DNA of 64,000 bases, from positions 682,001 to 746,000 of the forward strand of contig CM052816.1 of NCBI GenBank assembly GCA_028534125.1. The letters run 5' to 3'. Made by a program: the position numbers and the translations under genes. The notes under the pieces were generated by a model. It ran no database searches, was not told where the DNA came from, and saw only the letters and a program-made list of their open reading frames with translations. Positions 37,901-51,304 of the stretch are shown piece by piece; position 1 is the first letter of the stretch; every line of letters begins with the position of its first letter. The DNA comes from Lama glama (taxonomy: Eukaryota).

Positions 37901-40879
37901 GGCTTTATTCAGGTATGATGTACATATAATAAAACATATGTGTGCCGACTAGTGAGTTTTGACAGAGGTGGCCATGTAACAATTCCTCCAGTCCAGTCAA
38001 AGTCCTCTTTGAGTCCACCTCACTCTGGCCCCAGGCTCCCACATGCATCCTCACTGCCCCATCTTGGAAGTTACAGGCAGCTCTTCTGCTCACATTCCAC
38101 TGAGCTGAGCTGTTTGTTACCTGGCACCACGTGGACACAAAGCTATGGGCAGCTGAGGCCCTGGGGGATATCAGCTCCACCCAGCAACAACTCTGCCCCA
38201 TGGAAGGGGGAGGTCAAGGGACTGTTTCCACTGGACTCCAAGCCCTGCCAGCCCGCTCCCTTCTCCCCTACTTCCTGGGCCAGGAAGACAGAAGGATATA
38301 ACACCTGCCCATTGGAAAAAAAAAAAGCGCAACCTAAAAGGGGAGAATTATTTGGAAGACTTACTGAGGACTTAAACCTGGGATACAGCTGCGCTGATAG
38401 CTCTGAGGGACTGTTCCAAAGACGTAAAGGAGGACCCAGGATATATCAGAGTTCTTGCTGAAATAAAACTATGTAGTTGGACATCAAAAGATTGCTGCTA
38501 ATCACAAAAAAACAGGCATCTCAAGTTAATGGTTCCAGTGCTTTTCCATGTATGGGAAGATGCAAGAGTCTGGGTTCATTGAAATCATTCCTTTGATCTG
38601 CACCTTAACTGTCCAGGGCAGTATTCTGTTTTCCTCTTGTCCAAACCACCAGAGGGGATGGGCAGAATGGCGGGGGTGGGCTGGTGGAGTTATGGCCACA
38701 ACATCCTTTGTTTACTCAAATGTCAGGTGACATTCTTTGTCCGCACACCTCTCGGTTGAATTATGATCTGAACTAAACCTTCAAATAATTCTTGATCTGA
38801 AATATGAACTAAAAAAGCTAAAATCACTAATCACGTGAGTTTTTCCAATGTCTCTTTTTAATAGGGTGAGTGAATATGCCCTACGAGGCTGTGAGAGGGA
38901 TTTTGGTCACGAGATGCTCTGCAGGGGGCCTTAAGTGTCCCAGTGTGACTTTAGATCTGAGCGTGGGAGTGTGGAGGGTTGAGAGAAGGGACAACCTGAG
39001 CAGGATGGGCAGTGGACTCAGGACATGGTTGTTATCATGCTGGGGAGACCAGCTACTTGGGTCAAGTGATCCAGAAGTTCCAGTATTCCCAAACGTGCCC
39101 CCACCAGCCAAGTTACCAAGAGAAGTAAGTCTTCAAGTACAGCATCTCAGGAAGAGGGAAGAGTGACCATTGGAGCTCCGGTGCCAGGGTCTCACTGTGG
39201 GTCTTTCCCAGAAGATGAGGTGGGAGGCTTCCCTGAACATCAACCTTGAAGCAGGCAGAGGGTCCTTGGACTTCAGAGGTGGATACCACAAGCAGATTAA
39301 CAGTAGTGGCAGGGTTTGTCCAACACAGAAACCAGGGTCCCCTGCTGCTCAAATATCTCCCTGGGGATCGTCATGAAGTCTCGAATTCCAGCCATTCTCT
39401 TGGTCCTAAGAGCTATCAATTTCCCATGAGCTAATTGTCATTATCCTCACCTTACACCTTCTGGAGATGCTACCCAGACGGAGGGCCCGGGAAGAAGCAA
39501 AACTAGAAGATGAGTGAGAAAACCGGGTAGAGTCTGTGAAGGAGGTAGATAAGACTAAGTCAGGGGGTCGAAGCACATCGACAAACCTTCATTCCCCAGC
39601 TGTCGGCCCAGGCCCCACTTCTCTGTGATTGACATCAACCCACCACCAGAACGGACACCGGTGGTAACAGTGGCGATGATACACAAGTCAGAGCTCCCCC
39701 TGAACAGCTGGCTCAGTGCCACACTTAATCTTCAAGGAGGTAGGGTACTGCTGTAGCCCTGTTGTCCAGGTGAGCAGACTGAGGCTTGCAGAGGCCGGAT
39801 GCCTTGCATACAGCCAGCTAGGCAGGTCCTGGGGTGGGTGGGGTGTCCAGTGGAAATGGAAATCGTGGTCCGTAGTGAGTGCTTGCTGCTCTGTCACTAA
39901 CTTGCGCATTGCTGGTTGAGTCCCTCTTTGCTTCCTTGGCCTTGGGATGCCTCTGTTTTCTTCACCTCTGTGTCACTTTAGAATCTTGTAGCCATAGTGA
40001 GGACTTGGGCTCGAGCGTCACCTTTTTCAGGCTTCCAGGCAGGTGTGAAGGGGCAACACAGGACTTGGGAGAACTCAGGGTCTCAAGTGAGCGCAGTGGC
40101 CTGGGGGCCTGGAGATGGTCACACTTCCTCAACTGAGAAATGGGCTGGGGACCCAGCGCCCCTGCCCTTTTCCGTCCCCTCGGAACTGGACACAGAATAG
40201 AACGAAATTTTATCTTTTATTTCTTCCATTGAATAGTTTCTATGGCTTCTCTGTACTAGTCACTTCTTACCTGGATGAATCTCGCTTCCGTTTGCTTGTT
40301 TGCTTGTTTATTTATTTTCCTCCTGAGGGTCGGAGGTCTTCTTGGCAAAAGGATTCTCTGTTCCCCCACCCCCTTTCCCTAACCCCTTTGAAACCCAAGC
40401 ACCCCAGGGAGCTCAGAGAAAGTCTGAGTCGAGCTGCAGAGGGTTTGTGCTCTGCTTGAGGCCCCAGGGCACCCTTCCAGAAGAGTCCAGTCTGTACTTT
40501 GTAAGGGGGCACAGGCTTTTCCACTGAAGAATCACAGACCTCCATTGCTTCCTTTGGATTTTTTTTTTTTAGCTCCAACTGTGTGCTGGAAATTTCTCTG
40601 CTGGACTCCCAGACGCCCACAAAGGCACTCTTGTCTGTGGGTGATTGTCAAAATTAGTGTTCTTAAGGGGAAGACGTTAGAAAACTCTTGTTCTGCCATG
40701 GTGATGACGTCACTTCTCCTAAATTTGGATGTGACTTTAGAGAACGTATTGAGCCTTTTGGCTCAGAAATGCCTTGGCAGGTCTCACTACTTACAATGGA
40801 CTAAGGCTGGGTGATCACATAAGTAGCAGAAGCACAATTTTAATGGGTTCCCTTGCCATATTCTGTGTCTTGAGTCCAG

Positions 40880-41220
40880 AACAGATGGCTTGAAATACAG
40901 GAGTGTATTTTCTCACAATTCTGAAGGCTAGAAGTGTGAGATCAAAGTGTTGGTTTCTTCTGCGATCCCTTTCCTTGACTTGTAGGTAGCTGTGTTTTCC
41001 CTGTGTCTTCACACGGTCTTCCTTCAGTGTATGTCTGTGTCCTAATCTCCTCTTCTTATAAGGACACCAGTCTTACTGGGTTAGGACCCACTCTAATGAC
41101 CTCATTTTAACTTAACTACCTCTTTCATGGCACTATCTCCAAATATAGTCACATTTTGAGTAATGGGTATCAAGTTTTCAACATATGAATTTTTAAGGGA
41201 CATAACACAGCCTATAACAA
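40880..41220 (+). mobile_element. MLT1-type LTR
   Basis: 'tttctcacaattctgaaggctagaag...gtgtcctaatctcctcttcttataaggacaccagtc...taatgacctcattttaacttaactacctc...ggacataacacagcctataaca'. Confidence 0.8.
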
Positions 41221-42907
41221 CCAGTAATGTTCAGGTTCCATGCTTCTATTTGTCTACCTTCATGTGTGAAAACTGGGCCTATGAGCTTTTGTATACACTC
41301 TGTCTGTATTGAACAATCAGGGAGGTTTGGAAGATTTGAAGGTTCAGAAAGTTCAAAGATTGAGGACACCAGTTGGTAAAAGTTCAGGTCAGAAACTGCA
41401 ATTTTGAAAGGATGTTTTGTGTTGAACTGGGGGGCCATTGCTCGAGGAGAAGTTGTAGAGTGGGTGCCAATTACTTGACATCTGGAAATGTGGCAACAAA
41501 TAAAGGTAGAGTCTGTGATCACTCGTCCAGATGTATTTTTGGAGGCAACAGAGGGTCCAGATTTTGTAGATATGAGATGTGTGGGCTGATTCTACATAAC
41601 CTGTTCTCTCTTTGTGTCTTTATCTGAAATACAGACTTTATGTCTACTGTAAGACATTGCCTCATTAGTATTTGGGGACTGGCAGCTATGTAAATGTTGG
41701 CTGATTTCTAGTAAAGACTGGTGGGTGACAAAAGAGGAAATGCTAGAGGTTCAAAGCCCAGACATTTTAAAGAATTATTTCTTTGGGGGGGGGTTCAAAT
41801 TTAATTTAAATCTGTCTTGTTTTGAGGGTCTGTTGAAATATTCTGAATATTATATTGACTAATGCACAGATGATTGTGAGCTACTAGTTGGATGAACTGT
41901 TGGTGGTTGTCTGCTAAATGGCGAGCTGACGGGCACGGATGAGAAGTCTGGTGGCTTTGCGGACCTGGCTGTTGGATTGTTGGGTTAGATGCGGGACAAA
42001 GAGTTCAGACCTCAGGCTGGAAAGGTAGACAGATTTCTTGAGGGTACGTAGGATTAAGCTGAGACACCAGCCAGAATGCTGCTCGTCTATATAGTTGTGT
42101 TAATAAAATCAAATTTACCTCCATACTGTTAATACAGATGGAGGGAAACCATCTATATGAAAATAAATTATGGCCAGTTAGGATATTTGGGGCTGAAGTT
42201 ACTAAAATGGGATTGAATCTGGGAGTTTGTTGAGAAAGGCTAGAGTCTTTAGCTGCCTGAGTAAAATCCAAGATGTGGTGCTGAATTTGAAGCGCCAGGT
42301 AGACTGGACATTCCAAAACCCTTAACGCCTTGGGGAACTTGAGCTGCTGCTGTCTGTGGCTCCTGCTAAAATCATTCAGTAGGGGACTGACCACCTTGAA
42401 GTTGCCGATCAGTGATGTTGCACATTCAACATCTTAACCTGCTTCCATGTTTAAATTTCCTTCTTGCCCATGGTTGTCAGCATTCTGGGACTACAAGTCC
42501 ACATGTAATTGTGTAGACCATACATTTCAGAGCCAAATGCAACATTTGAGTCTCCTCTGCAAACAGGCTAGTCAATCTCCCTGAAAGGGAAGCCAGGAGA
42601 CTGTCACCTGTAACATGCTCCTGGCTACTGCAACCCCAGATGCTTCAGAGCATTTTGCTGTAGGACCTGTAAGACCCAAAGATCAACTTGGTGGCTTTTT
42701 GGGCCACTTGAATATTGACTGATTGGACCTATTTGGACAGTGGGCAAGTCTAGGCCTTAATAGAAATAGTGCCTGTCTTTTCAGTCAAACATTTTCCTTT
42801 TCCAGGCACCTTGCTGGTCGTGTGGTCAAGGATGATGGCTGGGCAAGGCTGGTCCTCCTGATGCATTTTTCCCTCCCTCTGCCTCCATGCCGCATCTCAT
42901 CCTCTTT

Positions 42908-42908
42908 C

Positions 42909-42943
<35 letters not shown>

Positions 42944-42986
42944 TACATACATATATATACACGCATACATATATACATATATATAT
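42908..42986. repeat. Compound (TA)n(CA)n microsatellite
   Basis: Direct inspection. Confidence 0.9.
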
Positions 42987-43843
42987 TTTTTAACATCTCA
43001 CTTTTACATCTCATTATTCTTATTGGTTTTCTCTTATTTTGTGAAGTTTTCCTATTTCGTAAGGTCTGTTTGCCCTGACTTCCTCACGTCCTTCCTTCCA
43101 ATTCATCTCCTGAGTGTGTGAATGTGTGTGCATGTGTGTGAGTGCGTATGAGAGTGTGTATTGCTCTGCTTTCTGATATCTCTGTAGAGAGAACACCTCT
43201 TTCTAGAGGTCTTCCCATGCAGTATCTGAGTTCTTGTCGGTTCTGTCAGGAGTCAGGTGCCTGCCTGTTTAGACTTTCCAGACTCTGGTGAAAGGAGAGG
43301 GGAGATTTTAGATTTGCGTGTTTGCTTTGCCGGACAAGATACCGAGCTGTCAGGGCTGTGGGAGGATGTCTACTGAGGGAATTCAGGCTGGAGGTGGCCG
43401 TGGGGTAGAGTGCTTTGCCTGGAGCCGAACAGCTGTATGTTTGTAACGCCCTCAGTGTAGCTGGAGACCTGGCCACGTCTGTAGTGGATACAGCTGGCTT
43501 CTAATTACAAAGTCAGGACTGTTAGGAAAAACCTGATGATTGCAGGTAACAGTAGCCCCTTTCAGGAATTCAGAAACTGATCGTATTTGATACTTCTTTC
43601 AGAGAAATATCAAAGTATTATTAAAGGAAGAAAAGGCTAAACTCAGGAAATATGGCCTGTAAAGTTGCAATCTATCATCATATGATGAGTACATGTTTCA
43701 GGAGTTAACTAGGAAGCATAAAATAATAGAAAATTGGTGTTCTCAGATCAAGAACAACAGGGATATTCATTCACCAGTATTACTGAGCGCTAACTTAGCA
43801 CTGAAGATGCTGAGAACACAAGAGTAAACAAAGTGGATGGAAA

Positions 43844-44372
43844 TGTTACTGAGTTACAAATGGAAACTCATTCTGCTCCCTGCACAACAGGCCAATAAAT
43901 TGGGAGATGAGGTGCTGGGGCAAGGAATAACGACTTTCTTCGGAAAGCCAGCAGACCAAGAAGGTGGCAGACTAATGTTTTGGAGAACCATCCTACCCAA
44001 GTCAGAATTCAGGCTCCTTTTATACTAAAAAGGGGAGGAGGTGTGGTTGGTTGTTGCAAACTTCTTGGTGTAGGAATCCTTTGTTCTTGCAGCCGTCCAC
44101 GTGGGTCAGGTCATGGTGTCCCTGCAAAACCTCTAACAAAACAAAGGTTACTTTCTGTTCTGCAACTTGTCATCTTTATATAGGCACAAAAGTGTTCATA
44201 TCCTTAAGGATGAGAGCCATGAGAACAGGCTCTCCTGTCTATTTCAGGCTGAAGGCAACACTGTTTCACAAAAGGTGCAGAGCCTGCAAGACTGAGCCTA
44301 GAAAACAGGGCACAGGGTTAAAGTCACAGGAACAGATCTAATATGCAGTCAGATTTGTTCTCTTCTGTTACA
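43844..44372 (-). mobile_element. ERV1-type solo LTR, copy 1
   Basis: TG...CA ends, 4-bp TSD 'gaaa', homologous to copies at 45515, 48343 and 50768. Confidence 0.85.
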
Positions 44373-45514
44373 GAAATGCTACCTCATGGAGCTTGTAGAA
44401 AGGAAGTTACAAGACTTTATTCTAGATAACAAAGGCATTTTAATGGGAAAAATTCCCTAAATTGAAAGTTAAAAAACAGACTTTGAACCACGTAACTGTA
44501 ATGTGACAAAAGATTAGTATCTTTATATATGACTTTTATACATGTGTATGTTTTATAGACTGTCATAAACTTTTAGGGAAGATGTCAAAGTGTTAATACA
44601 TAAACGATCAAAGGGCTTGAACAAAAGTGAAACCTCTCAGAACTTGCTCTCTGCCTTGACCTGCATATGAGTTGCTGATATTTGGCTTTCGGTTTCTGAA
44701 GAGAATAAAATCATTATTCAGAACCCATGGGTGAAACCTCAAATGCCTGGGCCATAAAAAGAGAGAGGCGAGAAGAGCCGAGTGGGGAGGATAGTGGAGG
44801 TGGGGTCCCCTGCAGAGCACACCCTCCCCAGGACGGCCCGGCTGGCACTAGCTTTCCCGCCTGCTCTCTCAGCTCCTGCATCTGGCCCCAAGGGACCCCA
44901 GCCAAGAGTGTCCCCATCCCAACAATTTCACCCAGCTGAGGAAGCCACAGATCCACATCCTGGGTGCTAAAGATGCGACCATCCCTCCCTGGGTCAGCTC
45001 TGGTCTATCCCAGAGGTGGCCTGGAGCCCAGTGCTACTGGCAGTTCATCTGGAGCCCAGATATTCTTGGACCTGTGGGCAGTGAGTTCTCCGGGCACCCT
45101 CCTGCTTCCTTCCTGGAGGCAGGGGTCGGGGGGCTTTGTCAGGCCTCATGGGCCCCAGGAAAAACCCTCTGTTCCTCCTGCCTGCGGGAGGCTGGCAGAG
45201 CTTCTGATTCTGAGGCTGTGTTTCAAACCTGCACACGTGCTTTCCACTGGCCCTGCCCCTGGGACGTGGCAGCCAAGAGCGTGAATCTGGCTTCCTTCAC
45301 AGGACTCAACAGGCTTCGCCGTGTGTGGGCAGTGCCCAGGCCGGGTGAGCATCCTCCTTAGGGTGCCCCTTATCCGCAGGGAACAGCTTCACCTACTCCC
45401 TTGTCCTTCTCTCTTACTCTCCCTCTTTGAAGATAAGGTCTGTGTGCATTCACTCTTGCCTAGCATTTCAGACACAGCTGGTGCTCAATGATGATGATAA
45501 ATAATAGTAGCTAC

Positions 45515-46051
45515 TGTAATGGAGGAGAGCAGATCTGACTCCATATTGGATCTGCTCCTTTAGCTTTAACCACTGTGCCCTGCTTTTCTAGGTTTATTCT
45601 TACCAGCTCTGCACCTTCTGTAAATGAATGCTGCCTTTAGCCTGGCTGGTTAAACAGGAGAGCCTTTTCTCAAGGCTCTGACCTCTAAGGATATTAACAC
45701 TTCTGCACTTACATAAAGATAACAAGTTGCAGAATAGAAAACAAGCTTTGTTTTGTTGGAGGTTTTACAGGGGCACCATGACCTCGCCCACGTGGACAGC
45801 TGCAGGAACAGAGAATTCCTGCAGCAAGAATTTTGCAACAGCTAACCACACCTCCTCCCCTGTTTTTCTTTTGTTTTGTTTTTAATTAAAGGGGCCTGTA
45901 TTCTGACTGGAGAAGGATGGCTCTCCAAGACATTAGTCTGCCATCCTTTCGGTCTGCCGGCTTTCCAAATAAAGTCACCATTCCTTGCCCCTTGTCTCCC
46001 GACTTATTGGCCTGTCGTGCAGCGAGCAGAACGTGTGTGGACTCGGTAACG
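45515..46051 (+). mobile_element. ERV1-type solo LTR, copy 2
   Basis: 'tgtaatggaggagagcagatctgactccatattgg'...'aataaagtc'...'ctcggtaacg', TSD 'ctac'. Confidence 0.85.
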
Positions 46052-48065
46052 CTACTTTCAGTGAACCAGGCGTTGTTTGCTCTGAGTGCTGTATATACGT
46101 TAATTCATGTAAGCCTCGCAACCGCCACGTAAGATCACTTCCATCTTATCCTTATTTTATAATTGAGGAACCTGAGGCACAGAGAGGTTGAGTCACCAGA
46201 CTAGGGTCACAGAGCAGAACCAGTATGCAAACCTAGGCTGTCTGACTCCGCGATCCCTAGGCCAGGGAGCAGGATGCTGTCTGAACTTTCTCAACACTAT
46301 GGACCCAGGGAGCGGTGAGGGATGAGCAAGATTCACACTTGGGCCTGCCACTCTCATCCCACTCAGGACCAGCCTCATGGTCAGAAAATGGGCATTCTAA
46401 CATCATAGCCAGCAGGTAGAGACAGGGTTTCTAAGGGCAAATCTCATGGCATCAGAATCAACAAAAGTGACAAAGTACCCTGGATGACTCTAGAAAGTAT
46501 AATGTCAAGCAAGCCCCAGGTGGCAGCCCTGGAACTCCATCCATCTGTCCCCCACTCCTTGGATGGGGGGGTCTGCCACATTGAAACTCATATTTTTGCA
46601 GGTGACAGCTGCTCCACATGGCTGGCCTCCTCTCTGAGCTCTCAATGTGTTCACTGCAGCATTTTCCTCATCAAGGGAGCAGGTGACACTCTGGAGCTCC
46701 CCCGAGATTGGAGAAAGAAGCCAGAGAGCAAAGAATGAGAGCAAGGGCAGTAATGGGGAGGACGGGCAGGGTGGTGAGGAGCCATCGGAGGGCTGAGATT
46801 GTGTTTATGTCTTGCTTGAACATGACAATGGCCTCGCATGCATGGGTGGTGGGTCAGACTTGTGTGCCATTTGTCCTGAGGCTCACAGGGAACTGGCTGA
46901 TAAGCGATGAGGGCAGGGGCCATTTGTCTGCCATCCTGTGACGGTGCCACGCCCATGCTGCTTGACTGAACATGGCAGTCAGCGAGGGGCTTAGGGCTGG
47001 GCCCCGGGGGGTAATTCTTCACCGAGGGTCACACACTGGAGCAAATGAGTCTCTGACACACCACATACCGAAACAAGACCAGGAAAGAAAAAGCTGAGTT
47101 GAAACCCAGCGTCCCAGGCCTCCTGGTCACACCCAGCATCCTTGAGCAACGTGGCGCTAGAAACCAGGCTGACGGACCGGATGTTTGCTCCTTCCTCCCA
47201 GAACAATGCCCACTCCCCCTGCCTGCACCTTTCATTGTCAGAAGACCCACCCTTCTGTCGTTTCTGTCTCTACCTGCTCGGAGCATTTCTGGCCCAAATC
47301 TTGAAGCCCTAACCAGGGGCTGGGTGCTGGCCTCTTGCTGAACCCGAAGGATAGAATCCAGCCCAAGTGAGAGCAGAGGGTCATTCCCTCTTGGTTGGTC
47401 ACTCTGACTGGACTGGTCCCCATCGCTCTGCTCCTGCCTCCATCTCTCCTCAGCCCTCCTTTAGTGTCTCCTGTCTGTTAGGAATGGGGCTGCTCACTGT
47501 GCCTGTTCACTTCCTGAGTGCTCGGCCTTGTGGTGGAATCCAGGTCTCCCCTACAAACTACGAATGAGCATCAGCCCCCGTGGGGCTCCGCTCTGACATC
47601 TTCGTGTGTCAGGCGCCTCCTGGGATGGAGCACACCTTTCCCTTGACCCACTGAGGACTTGTGGCTCAAGTGTCCAGTTCCTCCCTCAGGGGAAATGTCT
47701 CAAGAAGAGGAGGATATTATCCGAGGAAGGGGCTTCTTGGGGTTCACCCTGGGCCAGAAGCTCTCCTCCAACCTCAGGCTTCCCCCAGGACACAGAGAGA
47801 GACCACAGCGTGTCTGGGTAAAGGGGCTGCCACCTTCTTGTGACCGGCCTTCTGAGAAAGGCAGTCCTGTAGCCCAGTGACCAGTTGGTCTGGTTTGGAG
47901 TCTTTGGCTGACCCTTGGAACAGTCCAGGGGTCTAGTCAGGAAGCAAGTGCATCATAATAAATACTGTCTGATTTTTAAGAGTAAAGAGAACAAACACGG
48001 AGTTGGTGCTGGTGCTGACAGCTGCTCCCAGAGGACAGTGGACAGCTGTCATCCTCAAGTTAAAT

Positions 48066-48175
48066 TCTTTTACAAAAGGTGCAGAGCCGGCAAGACTAAG
48101 CCTAGAAAACAGGGCACAGGGTTAAAGCCAAAGGAACAGATCCCATATGGAGTCTGATTTGTTCTTTTCTGTTGC
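48066..48175 (-). mobile_element. Fragment of the same ERV1-type LTR family
   Basis: 'caaaaggtgcagagcc.gcaagact.agcctagaaaacagggcacagggttaaag' is nearly identical to 44268-44325. Confidence 0.8.
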
Positions 48176-48342
48176 GAGGCCACACTGTGAGCCAGGTGGC
48201 CAGCAGGCAGTTGAATTTAACTAGTGAACTTCTTGACCAAGACCACACTGTTTGACCTCAGGCCTCACACCACCTCTGCCAGAAACTATCCTTATCTCCA
48301 GTCACCTCAGTTGGTCAAGAATTCATGGGCAAGAAGTATTAG

Positions 48343-48871
48343 CTTAATGAGAACGAATCTGACTCCGTATTAGATGTGTTCCTTTAGCTGTAACCCTGTG
48401 CTCTGGTTCCTGTGCTGAGTCATGCTGGTTCTGCACCTTTTGTAAAAAAAAAAAAAAAAAAAAGAATGCTGCCTATAGCCTGAAACATACAGGAGAGCCC
48501 ATTCTCAAGGCTCTGACCTTTAAAGGTATAAAATTTTCCCATTCACACAGAGATAAAAAGTTGCAGAACAGAGAATAACATTTGTCTTCGGGGTTTACAG
48601 GAACATCACGACCTGACCTAGATGGACAGCTGAAAGAACCAAGGATTCTGACATCAAGAAGTTTGCAACAACCAACCACACCCCCTCCCCTTTTTAGTAC
48701 AAAAGGAGCCTGAATTCTGACTTGGGGAAGATGGTTCTCCAGGACGTTAGTCCCCCATTGTCTCTGTCTTATGGCTTTCTGAATAAAGTCATTATTCTTT
48801 GCCCCAGCACCTCGTCTCCTGATTTATTGGCCTGTCGTGCAGTGAACAGAATGAGTTTGGACTCGGCAACA
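48343..48871 (+). mobile_element. ERV1-type solo LTR, copy 3
   Basis: Homologous to copy 2, ends 'ctcggcaaca', candidate TSD 'ttag', internal A-run. Confidence 0.8.
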
Positions 48872-49110
48872 TTAGGAGAAAGGGAGAGGCTTAATGGGCT
48901 GAGGAAATAAGAGAATCATAAAATGTACAGCCTTGAACCACACCTTCCTCCTGGGCATCAGGGCCGAGGGCCGCTTTGGAAGGGAGATCCTGCTTTCGCT
49001 ATTTCCGGAAGTGGGGGTGACCATGTGTGTGATAGGGGACCGGGGCAGGACCCAGGGGAACCTATGGACTCCTTCTCATGAAAACAATTAAACCACATAG
49101 TTTTATTATT

Positions 49111-49354
49111 ATAGTCGACCTTTGAATAACATGAGGGTTAGGGACACTGACTCTAAGCTGCAGTCAAAAAAATCTGTCTACAATTTATAGTTGGCCTTCT
49201 GTAAACGTGGTCCCTCCCAATCCTTAGCTCCTCCATAGCCACAGTTCCCCATCCATGGATTCAGCCAACTACTGGTTGTGTAGTACTATTGAAAACAATC
49301 CACTTATAAGTGGACCCATGCAGTCCGAATCCCTGTTGTTCAAGGGTCAATTTT
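49111..49354 (+). mobile_element. MER8-like Tigger element
   Basis: TIR-like ends 'tagtcgacctttgaataacatg' and 'tgttgttcaagggtcaatt'; internal 'ataagtggacccatgcagt'. Confidence 0.65.
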
Positions 49355-50767
49355 ATGCTGAAATACAGTTATAAACCTCTACTAATGTAGAGAATAGTGA
49401 CAGATACGACTCTTTATTAACATATCAGACACCAGGCTCCAGCAGGGGACTGATAAGGACATAATATGGAAGTAGATGATGAGGACAAACAATAGTTGCT
49501 CCAGATGACATGTAATAGGAAAACCTCGGTGATTTCTAACAGTGGGTGGTTTTGCTGTGGTTTGTGTACTCCATCCATGGGACGAAAGGCTAAATGCCAG
49601 TTAGAGGAGAGGAAAAAAAAAAAAAAAGATACAACCCTTTTTTTATTGAAGTGTGGGAGGACCCTGTTGTACATCTCCTGGCTCCAGAATCCAAGCCTCT
49701 GGGTGCTTCTGGGCATCTGGTCACCTGTCAGCCAGCTCCTGGGCTGAGATGGCAGAAATCAAATCACAGTGAGCATTTATCTCATGATTTGGCTCTCAGA
49801 TGTTCATCACACTGATGTGTGCACAGCCTTTCAACAAGTTGACAGGTACACTGGCCCTGTTCTGCCAAACAACTGTCTATTTTTTGCTCACATGTTGCTG
49901 GTGTGACAGGGGCAAAGCTTGCACCCTGATGGGCATTTCACACATGCCCTTAGCCTTCGCCTCCGCCTTGCAAAGCAGGCATCATTATTTCCCTGCACAG
50001 ACCAGGACACTGAGGTTTCTGAATACTGGGACCTTGTGTCACCAGCGCTCAGCCACAGAGCTGGGAAAGGCCTTGCCCCAAAGCCTGTTCCTGCTGCATT
50101 AAGCCATGCAAAGTAATTTTTTCCTCTATTTAAAGAAAGCAACCACATGATTTTTATGTATTATCTTGAGGTCATGTCAGAGACTGAGGAGGAGAAGCTT
50201 AGAATGGGGTTAGAAGTTATTCTTGGGCAGGTATCAAACTTTTTTTTTTTTGCCCCCAAGACTATTTGGGGTGTCTCATGGTGATTATGGAAGATGAGAC
50301 ATGAAATTCAGAGTGTGAAAAATATGTTTGTCGTTTTCTGAAGATGTACGAGTGGGGCCTTAGGTGGCCTTGGGGAGGAACTGTGGACTGAAGGGAGGGA
50401 GGCAGGCCTCCAGCCCAGCAGCCAACAGATTTCACAACAGGCTTCCTCAACTCTCAGGAAAGTTTGGCTACTGGAAACATTAACCGTGATTCTCGACAGT
50501 CTTCATTCCTAAGTGACTTTTTGAACAATTTTAATTTCTTTTCGTTGAGAGTTACAAGTGTGCAAGCTTTTTCCTTTGTACGTGCAGTGCTGACACGCAG
50601 ACAAATAAATTGCGAAGCCTCTCAAGGCTGAGTCAGCTTCCGGCAAGAATTGAGGACATCAGGTATCTGTGCCTGACCCCCGCCCACGCCGCCAGGCACG
50701 CAGGACAGATGAAGAAAATGCTTAGGGGGAGGGAGGTTGCTGTGTTTGGCAGCTCCTCACTTCCCTG

Positions 50768-51304
50768 TGTTACAGAGTCTAACCTTATACTGCATGACCG
50801 TCCAATAAATCGAGAGACTAGGTGTTGGGGCAAAGAATGGTGACTTCATTCAGAAAGCCAGCCCACCAACAAGGTGGTGGACTCGTGTCCTGAAAAACCA
50901 TCTTACTGGAGTTAAAATTCAAGCTTCTTTTATACTAAATTGGGAGGTGGGGGCTGGCTTTTGCAAACTTCTTGGTGCCGGCCAGACCCTGGAGGTTTGT
51001 TCTTTTTACTGTCCGTGTAGAGCTAGCTGGTCATGATGTTCCTGTAAATCTCCAACAAATCACATTATTATTTTCTGTTCTGCAACTTTTTATCTCTAGA
51101 TGCACAGAAAAATGTTTAAACCTTTAAAGGTCAAGCCTGGGCGGCAGATCCTTGAGAATGGGCTATAATGTATATGTCAAGCCATAGGCAACATTCTTTT
51201 ACGACGTTGCAGAACCAGCACGACTTAGCACAGGCAACAGGCACAAAGGTTAGAGCTAAAGGAACTGCTTCAGCGTGGAGTCACTTTCGTTCTTCTCTGT
51301 TACA
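50768..51304 (-). mobile_element. ERV1-type solo LTR, copy 4
   Basis: 'tgttacagagtc'...'ctctgttaca', TSD 'cctg'. Confidence 0.85.

Noticed and set aside
41220..42720. Strand-biased segment that might be an ancient LTR-retroelement interior
   Set aside because: I could not identify convincing gag, protease or RT motifs; it needs a profile search.
48343..51304. Inversion of the 49.5-kb exon-like relic by recombination between flanking inverted LTRs
   Set aside because: Both LTRs keep matching TSDs on their own flanks (ttag and cctg), which such recombination would have scrambled.
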